This document shows, one piece after another, positions 41,492 through 51,590 of a stretch of 64,000 bases of DNA. This DNA is from Pelagibaculum spongiae. Its GTDB lineage: Bacteria > Pseudomonadota > Gammaproteobacteria > Enterobacterales > Pelagibaculaceae. Made by a program: the position numbers and the translations under genes. Where the stretch lies: assembly GCF_003097315.1 (NCBI RefSeq), contig NZ_QDDL01000010.1:41969-105968 (forward strand), written 5' to 3'. The first letter of the stretch is position 1. Each line of letters starts with the position of its first letter. The notes beneath the pieces were generated by a model. That model worked only from the letters and a program-made list of their open reading frames with translations. It did not search any database and was not told the DNA's origin.

Positions 41492-42559
41492 TTATCTCAC
41501 TCGCCGCAGCATAAATACTGCCATGGCTAAAAACAAAAATGAGGGCAACAAGGCGCCAGCCGGAGCGGGCAAACCATACACCAGACTCACTGCACCAAAG
41601 GTTCGGTTGACCATATGAAAACCGAAGCCAAGCAAAATGCCAACGACCAGCCTTTGCCCCATAGGTTTGCTGCGCAAGGGGCCAAAAACAAATGGTGTCG
41701 CCAGAAAAATCATTACTAATGTTGCTAAGGGCTGTGAAATTTTCTGCCAAAAAGCCAATTCATAGCGAGACGATTCCAGACCGTTTTCTTGGGCAAATCG
41801 TAAATAGCGATTTAAATCCCGCGCATTCATTAACGATGGATCAAGCAACATGGCAGATAAGGTTTTCGGCGTTAGCGATGTATTCCACGGTACGCTTTCT
41901 CGCTTACCACTTTCGGCACTGTCTGAACCAAGAAATGTCCATTTTACCTTGCGAAGTGCCCAGTCACTTCCGGTGCGCAATGCCCGGTCAGCCTGCCACA
42001 CTTCAACTAACTTGCCGTCCTGATCTAATTTGAATCGCCAGATTTTTTCTAGTTGCCGCTCTGATTCCACTCGCTGAACAAATACAAATTCATTTTTTTC
42101 GCGGAACCATAAACTGCTACCGCGGGTTAATTCATCAACCTGCTGGCGGGATGTTGCTCGCAATTCATCACTAAATCTTTGCGCATAAGGTGCCACACCT
42201 TCACCCAGAGCAGTCGCCAGAACCATTAAAAGGATTGCCGCTTGCATTACCGCCCACAACAACTGGCTCAGCTTCATGCCAGCGGCGCGCATTGCAGTTA
42301 ATTCTGAGCTGGTCGCCAGCGCACCTAACCCAACTAATGCGCCCATTAAACCCGCCATGGGGAACAACTCATAAATTTTGGCAGGCAAACCAGCCAACAC
42401 CACCTGTGCCACTTCGCTATAGCCGTAGGATCCCTGGCCAACATCATCGAGCTCACGTACTACTGAAAACAGCGTTTCTAGCGCCAGCAAGCCAAGCAAA
42501 ACCATAACAGTCGCGGCTATGACCTGTTTACCAATATATATATTCAGCAGCTTAAACAT
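41492..42559 (-). CDS. lptG: LPS export ABC permease LptG
   Basis: YjgP/YjgQ family. Paired with lptF. Conserved pepA-adjacent context. Confidence 0.85.
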   Translation of the reverse strand: MFKLLNIYIGKQVIAATVMVLLGLLALETLFSVVRELDDVGQGSYGYSEVAQVVLAGLPAKIYELFPMAGLMGALVGLGALATSSELTAMRAAGMKLSQLLWAVMQAAILLMVLATALGEGVAPYAQRFSDELRATSRQQVDELTRGSSLWFREKNEFVFVQRVESERQLEKIWRFKLDQDGKLVEVWQADRALRTGSDWALRKVKWTFLGSDSAESGKRESVPWNTSLTPKTLSAMLLDPSLMNARDLNRYLRFAQENGLESSRYELAFWQKISQPLATLVMIFLATPFVFGPLRSKPMGQRLVVGILLGFGFHMVNRTFGAVSLVYGLPAPAGALLPSFLFLAMAVFMLRRVR

Positions 42560-43665
42560 TATGAATTAGCCCCTGTGACAGCATGGGGTAATTGTTTTGA
42601 AAACATCCGCCCCATTGATTTTCGCCAACTCCAACTAATAAACAGCAGCAGTAGCAAAAATGCCCAGCCCATACCGGGCCATGCTGCAATCTGCCCCTCT
42701 TCAACTGCAACCTGAGCCACGCTGAGAATATTGGAATAAACGATATACACCAGAATGGCTGGGAACATTCGGGCAAAACGCCCTTGCCGCGGTCGAATCT
42801 CGCTCAATGGAATTGCCAGCAATGCTAGCAACAACAAAGAAAGCGGCTGGGCTATTCGCCATTGAAATTCAGCCGTTGCTTCATTGGTATGGCTGCTTAA
42901 CAACTGATTGACATTCATGCCTTCAACCGACAAATCAGCACCCGCATCTAAAGGTGCATCCAGCCAGATTCCATATTGCTGGTAGCGGGTAATTAACCAA
43001 TCAGATTGCCCGACCACGCCTTGCCAGGCATTACCATTTTCCAAAGACAAATAACTATCGCCTGCTTTAGATTGTTGCCAGCTGGCTTTAGGTGCCATCA
43101 CAATACTGGGCGCATTCGGATCCGATAAATCGGCAATAAAAACATCACCAAAATTTTTCTGATCACCAGAAATAGTTTCGGCAAAGAAAGCTTGGCCGGG
43201 GGCTGGCTCAAGAAAACTCGATGACTCCATATTAGCCAAAGGTAATTGAGCACTATTTTCAGCCAGCAAATACTCTTCAGCATTTTCGGCCCAAGGCTTG
43301 GCATAGAAGGTCAACATAAAGCAGATAACGACCGCAGGAATACTGCTTAAACCCACCGAAGTTAATAGCTGTCGATCACTCAGACCACAGGCGCGCAGAG
43401 CTGCCATTTCACTATCGGCATACAACCGACCCAACGCCAATAAAACGGCTAAAAACATAGCAATAGGAAGCACCGCGGCTAAATAACCGGGCACTTTAAA
43501 GGCCAACAGGGAAACCACCAGCTGACCGTCCATCTCTCCAGCGGCAACCTTTCCTAGGTAACTGGCGAAGCGGCCGCTGACGAAAATCATCATCAAAACC
43601 ATGGTCAAAGCCGCAAGGGTTTGAAGGATTTCAAGCAGTAGGTAACGTTGTATCAGTTTCATCAA
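42559..43665 (-). CDS. lptF: LPS export ABC permease LptF
   Basis: YjgP/YjgQ family. Divergent from pepA as in E. coli. Confidence 0.85.
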   Translation of the reverse strand: MMKLIQRYLLLEILQTLAALTMVLMMIFVSGRFASYLGKVAAGEMDGQLVVSLLAFKVPGYLAAVLPIAMFLAVLLALGRLYADSEMAALRACGLSDRQLLTSVGLSSIPAVVICFMLTFYAKPWAENAEEYLLAENSAQLPLANMESSSFLEPAPGQAFFAETISGDQKNFGDVFIADLSDPNAPSIVMAPKASWQQSKAGDSYLSLENGNAWQGVVGQSDWLITRYQQYGIWLDAPLDAGADLSVEGMNVNQLLSSHTNEATAEFQWRIAQPLSLLLLALLAIPLSEIRPRQGRFARMFPAILVYIVYSNILSVAQVAVEEGQIAAWPGMGWAFLLLLLFISWSWRKSMGRMFSKQLPHAVTGANS

Positions 43666-43804
43666 AAGTTGCTATTTTGAACCCTGAGCACTCAAATGGC
43701 TCAATTCTGTCTGATTTACCAACAATTCAATCGCCGGAGCTGACAGCTTGTGGCAAGATACCGGGCATTATGTAAACCGGAACACAATACCGGAGTGAAT
43801 TATC

Positions 43805-45307
43805 ATGGAATTTAGTGTTAAAAGTGGCAGTCCTGAAAAGCAACGTACAGCATGTATTGTTGCAGGTGTTTTCGAACCTCGCCGTCTTTCCCAAGTAGCC
43901 GAGCAGCTGGATCAAATCAGCGGCGGTTTTATCAGCAATATTCTGCGCCGTGGCGATCTGGAAGGCAAAGCCGGACAGATGCTATTACTGCACAATGTTC
44001 CTAATACCCTGTGCGACCGTGTATTACTGGTCGGCTGTGGCAAGGAACGTGATCTGGACGACGCACAATACCGGGAGATTATCACCAAAACAATCGCCCA
44101 GCTGAATGAAACTGGCTCTATGGAAGCAGTTTCCTTCCTAACTGACCTTAATGTTAAAGGCCGCGACATTCACTGGAAAGTGCGTACCGCAGTAGAAGCC
44201 GCAGAAAACAGCTTATATCGTTTCGATCAGCTGAAAAGCAAGAAAGCCGATATTCGTCGCCCATTACGCAAAATGGTGATGACGGTTCCTACTCGCGCTG
44301 AATTAAAAATTGGCGAGCAAGCGATCATCGAAGGCCAGGCAATTAGCCAAGGCATGACCCTGACTCGCGATCTGGCTAATATGCCGGGTAACATTTGTAC
44401 CCCTCAGTATTTAGCAGATCAGGCAACTGAACTGGCGACTACTTATGACAGCATCAAGACTGAAGTTATTTCAGAGCCTGAGCTGGAAAAAATGGGGATG
44501 GGTGCGTTTGTTTCTGTTTCTCGCGCCAGTAAGGAAGAAGGCAAGCTGATCGCGATGGAGCACATGCAAGGCCCTGAAGGTCAAAAACCGATTGTCTTGG
44601 TTGGTAAAGGCATCACTTTTGATTCCGGCGGAATTTCACTCAAGCCAGGCGCTGGCATGGATGAAATGAAATATGACATGGGCGGTGCCGCTTCGGTATT
44701 CGGTACTATGAAAGCAATCGCTGAAATGAATCTGCCAATTAACGTGGTCGGTGTTATTGCTGCGGCTGAAAACATGCCGGGCGGCGACGCAAGCAAGCCA
44801 GGTGATATCGTCACCTCCTTGGCTGGCATCACCATCGAAGTGCTCAATACCGATGCTGAAGGCCGCTTGGTACTGTGCGATACCCTGACTTGGGTTGAAA
44901 AATATCAGCCAGAAGCGGTTATCGACATCGCAACCTTAACTGGCGCTTGCATCATGGCTCTGGGTCACGTGGCTTCTGCGGTTCTAGCTAACCACAACCC
45001 ACTGGCACATGACTTATTGAATGCGGGTGAATACACCGGTGACCGCGCATGGCGTTTGCCTTTGTGGGATGAATACCACGAGCAGTTAAAGTCTAACTTT
45101 GCTGATCTGGCTAACATCGGTGGTCGTCCTGCAGGTACCATCACTGCCGGTTGTTTCCTGTCGAACTTCACCAAGAAGTACAACTGGGCGCACCTGGACA
45201 TCGCAGGCACCGCATGGAAATCAGGCGCACAAAAAGGCGCCACTGGCCGCCCCGTTCAAATGTTGACTCAATACGTTATGAACCGCGCCCAAGTTAAGCA
45301 GGATTAA
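43805..45307 (+). CDS. pepA: leucyl aminopeptidase PepA
   Basis: M17 signature [12 protein letters not shown]. ~500 aa. Confidence 0.95.
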   Translation: MEFSVKSGSPEKQRTACIVAGVFEPRRLSQVAEQLDQISGGFISNILRRGDLEGKAGQMLLLHNVPNTLCDRVLLVGCGKERDLDDAQYREIITKTIAQLNETGSMEAVSFLTDLNVKGRDIHWKVRTAVEAAENSLYRFDQLKSKKADIRRPLRKMVMTVPTRAELKIGEQAIIEGQAISQGMTLTRDLANMPGNICTPQYLADQATELATTYDSIKTEVISEPELEKMGMGAFVSVSRASKEEGKLIAMEHMQGPEGQKPIVLVGKGITFDSGGISLKPGAGMDEMKYDMGGAASVFGTMKAIAEMNLPINVVGVIAAAENMPGGDASKPGDIVTSLAGITIEVLNTDAEGRLVLCDTLTWVEKYQPEAVIDIATLTGACIMALGHVASAVLANHNPLAHDLLNAGEYTGDRAWRLPLWDEYHEQLKSNFADLANIGGRPAGTITAGCFLSNFTKKYNWAHLDIAGTAWKSGAQKGATGRPVQMLTQYVMNRAQVKQD

Positions 45308-45409
45308 TTCTGCACAATGTCAGCTGCGGTAATCACTGCAGCTGACATTAGCTTTACGCCAAAACCGCTGCTTTAAGTCGCACCTCATTTTTCTAACAGG
45401 CCCCGCGCA

Positions 45410-45841
45410 ATGACTGAAATTACCTTTTACCTTCTGGCACAAGATAACCAACAGGCTCGAATGCAATATGCCTGTCGAATTGCCGAGAAAGCGGTACAAC
45501 AAGGTAAGCGTGTTTATTTACACACTCAGTCAGAACAACAAGCCAGAGAAATGGATGATCTACTGTGGAGCTTCAAGCCCGGTAGTTTTGTGCCGCATGA
45601 GCGATATATATCCCACGACCCACAAAGCCCGGTAGTGATTGGCTGCGTTGAACGCCCTGAAACTCAAGCCGATATTTTAATTAATCTCAGCACTAACTTG
45701 CCGCTATTCTTCAGCCAGTTTCAGCGCAATATCGAAATCATTCCAGAAGATAACGAAATTCGCCCCAAGCTGAGACAAAACTGGAAGTTCTACCAAGATC
45801 GAGGTTATTCGTTGAAGTTTTTTGATTTAAGAAAGAAATAA
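45410..45841 (+). CDS. holC: DNA polymerase III chi subunit HolC
   Basis: MTEITFYLL...KRVYLHT is the chi N-terminus. Conserved position after pepA. Confidence 0.85.
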
Positions 45842-46371
45842 GCCGTATCAAATAGCGCCCATTTTTTAACAAGCACAGTTCGACATAAAATCCGGCAAGC
45901 CAGAATATTTCATCAAACTGGCAAAAACAGCGCTAGATTCTTACTAACAAAACATCATATTTAGCATAATTCACAACACTAGTAGCGACTGAACCCAGCA
46001 GTGGACTCAACCCATTTTTAGAATGGGTGCCAATGACAATCAGATCCACATCTCTCTTTTCAGCTTCACCATAAATCACCTCATAGGACTTACTGACTTA
46101 ATCATTCAGTTCTTCTTGCTGCTGTGATCTTCTCAATTTCCTCAAGCGCTCACCCTTTTAATTTACTTTGATAATCTTTCAAAAAAAAGATATATGGCAA
46201 AATATTTAATGCCGACGGCCTTGCTCTTGTGGCATTTGCCAGTTCAATAGCTAGGGGTAGAACTGTTCTGTTTGTTCGTGTAAATTCAATCGCGAAAATT
46301 ATAATTTTATATATTTCACTCTTTAAATTATTAAGAAAACAACACAACAAACACCTGTCAGCAATAGAAAA

Positions 46372-46470
46372 TTAATATCTGTCAGTAATGGAATATTAAT
46401 ATCTGTCAGTAATGGAATATTAATATCTGTCAGTAATGGAATATTAATATCTGTCAGCAATGAAACACTA
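46372..46470. repeat. 24-bp tandem repeat x4 (tgtcagtaatggaatattaatatc) containing 10-bp palindrome ATATTAATAT
   Basis: Four near-perfect copies plus degenerate flanking copies, ~140 bp upstream of the HAD-like gene. Confidence 0.85.
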
Positions 46471-46610
46471 AATATCCCTATTTATATTCTGGGCTGATTT
46501 TAAAATAAAATAATTATCTTACTTGCCACAAATAAAATATAGGAATGCGGCAAATACTAGATGGAATGAGCGCTACCGGCCAGCAACAAATCAAGTAAAA
46601 GGAACCTAAA

Positions 46611-47285
46611 ATGTGGCATGTTTTTTTTGATCTTGACCTAACTTTATTTGCTATTGAAGGAGGCTTAGAAAAACTTTCAGCTCACCAACAAGCAAAAACC
46701 TGCATGGTTTACACACCTATTTCTACAAAGAAAACACAACACGCTGTATTTCCTTTGTATACTTTTGAACATCTGAATTTTTTCAATTCAACATTGCAGA
46801 ATTCTCATTTACATTTCATTACTGCTGGATTGTATGAAGAGGCCTCTGCCAAACGTGCAATTTTAAAAATGTTTTCTATCCACTCTGAAGAAATCACCAA
46901 AAAAATTTATGAGGCCAGCTTCTATAATCGAAATGACCTTGAAGCTAGTGGTACAAAAGAAATAGTTTTTGCATGCAATATTCAATCGCCAGTTAAGGTC
47001 GATCCTTCTAATACAGCACAAATACAAATACTTGATTATGCTAAAGCCAAAGCAGCCATCATTTTAAAAACTTACTTGCAGGCGAATGATACATTGCCAG
47101 GAGAAGTAGTACTTATTGATGACAGTGTTGCCAATAGAGTCATAGTAAAACAACAAGGCTTTCAAGCAATCAATCCGACAACAGCCGACTATCCAATGAT
47201 GCTGACACTACTGAGTGACACTATCGCTAGAAATGAGAGCCATTTCTTTTCCCTAGAAGAAGTACTTGCATACAATTTTTCTTAA
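46611..47285 (+). CDS. HAD-superfamily hydrolase-like protein
   Basis: Motif I FFDLDLTLF (DxDxT) at the N-terminus and motif IV VVLIDDSVAN. AT-rich islet at the position where valS follows holC in E. coli. Confidence 0.55.
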   Translation: MWHVFFDLDLTLFAIEGGLEKLSAHQQAKTCMVYTPISTKKTQHAVFPLYTFEHLNFFNSTLQNSHLHFITAGLYEEASAKRAILKMFSIHSEEITKKIYEASFYNRNDLEASGTKEIVFACNIQSPVKVDPSNTAQIQILDYAKAKAAIILKTYLQANDTLPGEVVLIDDSVANRVIVKQQGFQAINPTTADYPMMLTLLSDTIARNESHFFSLEEVLAYNFS

Positions 47286-47536
47286 GCTAGATATTAATTG
47301 TTGCACTATTTAACAGACATTATGCACACGGATTCGTATCATAAGTGCATAAGCAAGCCGTATATGCCGACATATAAACACATAGCGCTAGAGAATTTTC
47401 TCGCTATTATTTACAGGTAAATGCCAAAGTTTCATTCAACGAAATGATACTAGCCAAAACCCTTGCGCCAATTAATTACATTTAAGCCAGTTAAAACCAG
47501 CCGTACTTTCACAAACACCAACTACTGAAATAAAAA

Positions 47537-47572
47537 AACCGAAACCCCACCACAGGATTTCGGTTTTTATTT
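47537..47572. terminator. bidirectional rho-independent terminator downstream of purK
   Basis: aaaccgaaacc ccaccacagg atttcggttttt, flanked by A/T runs on both sides. Confidence 0.7.
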
Positions 47573-47607
47573 AATACAGGCCTTGCGAGTTAAATAGCGC
47601 TTACTGG

Positions 47608-48717
47608 CTACTCTCCACACTCTTGCATAAACCCATCAAACTTGCTGATCAACTGCTGCATATGCGTAGCATCATCGGCAACTAGGTTGATATGACCGAG
47701 TTTACGATTAGCTCGCTCGCTTTTACCATATAAATGCAAATGCGCAGCTGGTTCAGATAACACCAGATTCTTATCACCTTTTTTGCCGATGATATTGATC
47801 ATCGCTGCCAAAGGATGTCGGCAATTGGTGGCTCCTAATGGCAAACCTGAGATTGCTCGAATATGGTTTTCAAACTGGCAAGTCTCAGCACCTTGTTGAC
47901 TCCAATGGCCGGAGTTATGCACCCGTGGCGCCATTTCATTGGCAATTAAAGCTTGGTCACCTTCAAGCCCGGTATCAAACAACTCCAGAGTTAAAATACC
48001 GACATGGTCCAGTTGATCAAGCAGGCTACAAATATGCTGTTCAGCCAACTGTTGTAGCTGCTGACTCACGCCCGGAGCAGGCACTTGAGTTAACCGAAGA
48101 ATACCGTCGCGGTGGCTATTTTCTGCTAGCGGATAAAAAACATGTTCACCCTTGGCATTTCTAGCGGCAATAATCGATAGCTCTCGCTGAAAATTAACGA
48201 AAGCTTCAGCAATCAATTGATTACCTTTTAATTGCTGCCATGCAGGACCGATATCTGCTGCTGTTTTAATTACCGCCTGACCTTTACCGTCATAGCCCAT
48301 GGTGGTGGTTTTCAAAACAATAGGCAGGCCCAGTTGAGCAATCGCACCTTTTAATTCTTCTAGGCTTTCTACTTTATAAAAATCAGCCACCGGAATATTT
48401 AATTCACGAAACAGATTTTTTTCAGTCAGGCGGTGCTGGGAAAAACGTAGAGATTTTACAGAAGGAAATACCGGCTTCTTCAGCTCGATATTTTGGACTA
48501 GCTCCGCATTGATGTTTTCACTTTCGTAGCTAATCACATCAGATGCTTTTATAAATGCATCAAGTGCTGATGGATCCTTTTCATCAAACACTTGCCCAGC
48601 AACTGCCGCGGGCGCACTGGCAGGATTACCATAAAAATAAAATTCATGCTCTAGCGGAATGCCCGCCAAAGCCATCATTCGGCCAAGTTGGCCGGCACCA
48701 AGAATACCGATTTTCAT
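47608..48717 (-). CDS. purK: N5-carboxyaminoimidazole ribonucleotide synthase PurK
   Basis: MKIGILGAGQLGRMM. ATP-grasp fold. Confidence 0.9.
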   Translation of the reverse strand: MKIGILGAGQLGRMMALAGIPLEHEFYFYGNPASAPAAVAGQVFDEKDPSALDAFIKASDVISYESENINAELVQNIELKKPVFPSVKSLRFSQHRLTEKNLFRELNIPVADFYKVESLEELKGAIAQLGLPIVLKTTTMGYDGKGQAVIKTAADIGPAWQQLKGNQLIAEAFVNFQRELSIIAARNAKGEHVFYPLAENSHRDGILRLTQVPAPGVSQQLQQLAEQHICSLLDQLDHVGILTLELFDTGLEGDQALIANEMAPRVHNSGHWSQQGAETCQFENHIRAISGLPLGATNCRHPLAAMINIIGKKGDKNLVLSEPAAHLHLYGKSERANRKLGHINLVADDATHMQQLISKFDGFMQECGE

Positions 48718-48801
48718 TATCTTTAAACCCTGTACTGCTTATTAAGCACACATGTTTTGCATATCAATTAATCAACGAATTGATTAAGCACAAGCCTGCG
48801 G

Positions 48802-49293
48802 TTACATCTCTCGAGGATCAGGTATAGATAATACGTTTTCAGTTTGTTGCTTGCGGAATGCTTTTAATTTTTCAGTCACCACCGCGTCATTTAACGCCAC
48901 AATCTGACTGGCTAGAATACCCGCATTTGCCGCACCCGCGGTTCCGATTGCCAAAGTACCGACTGCAATACCTTTTGGCATTTGCACAATAGATAACAAA
49001 GAGTCGATGCCTTTCAAAGCCTTCGATTGAACCGGAACACCCAGCACAGGAAGGTGGGTTTTGGCCGCCACCATTCCAGGTAAATGTGCAGCGCCACCGG
49101 CACCAGCAATGATTACCTGAATGCCACGATCAGCAGCAGTCGTTGCATATTCAAACAACAGATCCGGCGTTCTATGTGCCGATACCACTTTCACTTCACA
49201 GCTCACGCCCATTTCATTCAACATCAATTCAGCATGCTGCATGGTGTCCCAATCAGAGGTCGACCCCATGATAATACCCACTTGCGGATTCAT
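48802..49293 (-). CDS. purE: N5-CAIR mutase PurE
   Basis: [17 protein letters not shown] is the PurE signature. Confidence 0.95.
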   Translation of the reverse strand: MNPQVGIIMGSTSDWDTMQHAELMLNEMGVSCEVKVVSAHRTPDLLFEYATTAADRGIQVIIAGAGGAAHLPGMVAAKTHLPVLGVPVQSKALKGIDSLLSIVQMPKGIAVGTLAIGTAGAANAGILASQIVALNDAVVTEKLKAFRKQQTENVLSIPDPREM

Positions 49294-49641
49294 TGCGATC
49301 TCCTCATAAACTGCGTTGATTCTTTGCTTATACAGGTGCTGAATACCAGTAATGCACCTCTGCGCTAGAGACGGGCGATATTATCATAAGCATTTGCAAT
49401 CGATAACAGAAACAAGTGATTAACTGTTAATTTTTGGTTGTTAATGCATGTATGATCGAACAGATCATTGGATGACTACTGAGGCAATTCAACAGCTTCA
49501 TCAAAGTCATCAATGGTCAGGCCACGCCTAATATGATTCACCGCCGATTATCTGCTCGAATGATCACTGAAGTGGACACCAGCTAGAGATTGTCAGAGAC
49601 TTTGCTCCATTGATTTGATTATTTTCTCAGTTTATTTATCT

Positions 49642-50121
49642 ATGTCGACACCTTGTATCAACAATAATCACCAGCATTGCATTGAATCTGCACTGCAGCG
49701 GGCAGAAAAAGTCTGTCGTGAATCAGGCGCGAGGTTTACCGCTGCTCGTCGTAGGGTTCTTGAACTGATTTGGCAAAATCATCACGTGGTTAGCGCTTAT
49801 GATTTATTGGCACAACTACAAAAAGATGATCCTTCGGCAAAACCGCCTACCGTATATCGCGCACTAGATTTTTTGCTTGAGCAAGGGCTGATTCATCGCG
49901 TGTCTTCGATGAATGCTTTCACCCGTTGTGATTGCCGACATGAAAGTAGCGATTTTCAGTTAATGATTTGCAGCGGCTGCAAACGGGTTCAGGAAATACA
50001 TATTCCCGATTTACCTGAATCTCTTAAGCAATATGCACAGTCGCAAAACTTCAAAACCAGTGGTGCCATCGTCGAAATTCATGGTTTATGTCAGCATTGC
50101 CAGCCGGTGCAAACTGATTAA
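49642..50121 (+). CDS. zur: Fur-family metalloregulator, likely Zur
   Basis: RFTAARRRVLELI...VYRALDFLLEQGLIHRV DNA-binding helix. C-terminal CxxC pairs. Confidence 0.75.
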   Translation: MSTPCINNNHQHCIESALQRAEKVCRESGARFTAARRRVLELIWQNHHVVSAYDLLAQLQKDDPSAKPPTVYRALDFLLEQGLIHRVSSMNAFTRCDCRHESSDFQLMICSGCKRVQEIHIPDLPESLKQYAQSQNFKTSGAIVEIHGLCQHCQPVQTD

Positions 50122-50360
50122 CTTATATCCAAGTCACTTCGAGGTCTGCACCCTGCAACTTGAGTTGGTTTGGGTATACAGGTGCACTGATATGATGCCC
50201 GTCAATCGGCCGACAATGCATCCCTCATAAGCTTCATATATGATTGAATCACTAAATTTATGCCAGCATATTGCTGCTGCGCTATCCTGGTCAGTTTAAT
50301 TGAGCTGACATATGTCAGCCGTGCAAACGCTCTTTCGTTCCAGGTAGTTGTTAGCAGTCA

Positions 50361-50723
50361 ATGGGATTCGGGAAGTATTGCATGAGAATAGTCTCGGTCC
50401 GAGATCTTGAAGCAGGGATGGTTTGCGCTAAAGACGTTGCCACATTGGATGGCAGAAAGCTGCTAAAGGCCGGTAGCAAATTATGTCCCAGCAACCTCAG
50501 AACTTTGAAGGCTTGGGGCATCGGACAAATTGAGATTCTCAGTCAGGATCAGCCTTCTATTCGGGTAGTTCACGCCACGCCAGACCAGAAAATCCGTGAA
50601 ACCGCTCTTAAGGTTCAGCAGCAAGTTCGCCAACGATTACGGCATAACGATGTGTTATGCAGTGAAGTTCGTATGGCGGTTCGAGTGATTGAAAATCAAT
50701 TACTGAAAGAGGCTGCTTCCTAA
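50361..50723 (+). CDS. small DUF3391-like protein, translationally coupled to HDOD gene
   Basis: MRIVSVRDLEAGMVCAKDV resembles the N-terminal domain that precedes HD-GYP proteins. Stop and start overlap (taATG). Confidence 0.4.
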   Translation: MGFGKYCMRIVSVRDLEAGMVCAKDVATLDGRKLLKAGSKLCPSNLRTLKAWGIGQIEILSQDQPSIRVVHATPDQKIRETALKVQQQVRQRLRHNDVLCSEVRMAVRVIENQLLKEAAS

Positions 50724-51583
50724 TGTCTGAAACCGTTCAACCATCGCTTCATCAATTAGTCATCGAAGGCAGTCGGTTGGTAGCTTTTTCTGATACCTAT
50801 CACAAACTCGATACTGCACTGCGCGCTAACGATACCGATTTTGACGTGCTGGCCGAAATCATCAATCACGACCCACTACTCGCGGGTCGAGTAATGCGAC
50901 TGGCAAATTCAGCATTATTTATTGGCTGTCCAGTTGATACCATCACTAGTGCAATTAGCCGTTTAGGCATGCGCCAGCTAAGAGAAATTACATTAATTTA
51001 TTGCGTGATTGACGCCACCAAGAAATTTAATAATGGCCCGCTCAGTTTGGGTGATTTTTGGCGACATAGTTTATCGGTTGCCTTGATTAGTCGAAACCTC
51101 GCAATTCATTCTCGGTTAGCGAGTATTGAGCGTTATTACCTTACAGGCTTGATGTCGTCCATTGGTCGATTAGTGCTGTTTAATCTGTGCCCAGATCACA
51201 GCGCAATTCTTCTTGAGTCGTTAAAACATAGCGGCCAACCATTGCATCAACTGGAACATCAGCAATTAGGTTTTAACCATTGCCAGCTAGCAGAGCAGCT
51301 TTTACGTCATTGGCATTTGACTGAACCGCAAATTAAAGCCATTGCCTATCAATATCAAACGGACGATTTCGATGAAGTATCAGTGCATCTACTGCATTGT
51401 GCGCAGTGGTTATCGCACTTGTTAAATTGGGGTAATTGCGGAGAAAACGCTGCGCCCACATTAAATCCAGTAAGTTGGCAAAAAATGAATTTATCTGAAG
51501 CTTCACTAGAAGAAATTCTAAAACGAAGTTATCAACAGTTCGAAGCAATAAGCGATCTTTTTTTACAGGGGTTGAACGACTAA
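50723..51583 (+). CDS. HDOD-domain signalling protein
   Basis: HD-related output domain pattern (…H…DH…, LGFNHCQLAEQLLRHW). Confidence 0.7.
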   Translation: MSETVQPSLHQLVIEGSRLVAFSDTYHKLDTALRANDTDFDVLAEIINHDPLLAGRVMRLANSALFIGCPVDTITSAISRLGMRQLREITLIYCVIDATKKFNNGPLSLGDFWRHSLSVALISRNLAIHSRLASIERYYLTGLMSSIGRLVLFNLCPDHSAILLESLKHSGQPLHQLEHQQLGFNHCQLAEQLLRHWHLTEPQIKAIAYQYQTDDFDEVSVHLLHCAQWLSHLLNWGNCGENAAPTLNPVSWQKMNLSEASLEEILKRSYQQFEAISDLFLQGLND

Positions 51584-51590
51584 ATCATAT

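Noticed and set aside
46372-46470. CRISPR array
   Set aside because: The 24-bp units are directly contiguous with no unique spacers, so they are tandem repeats, not a CRISPR.
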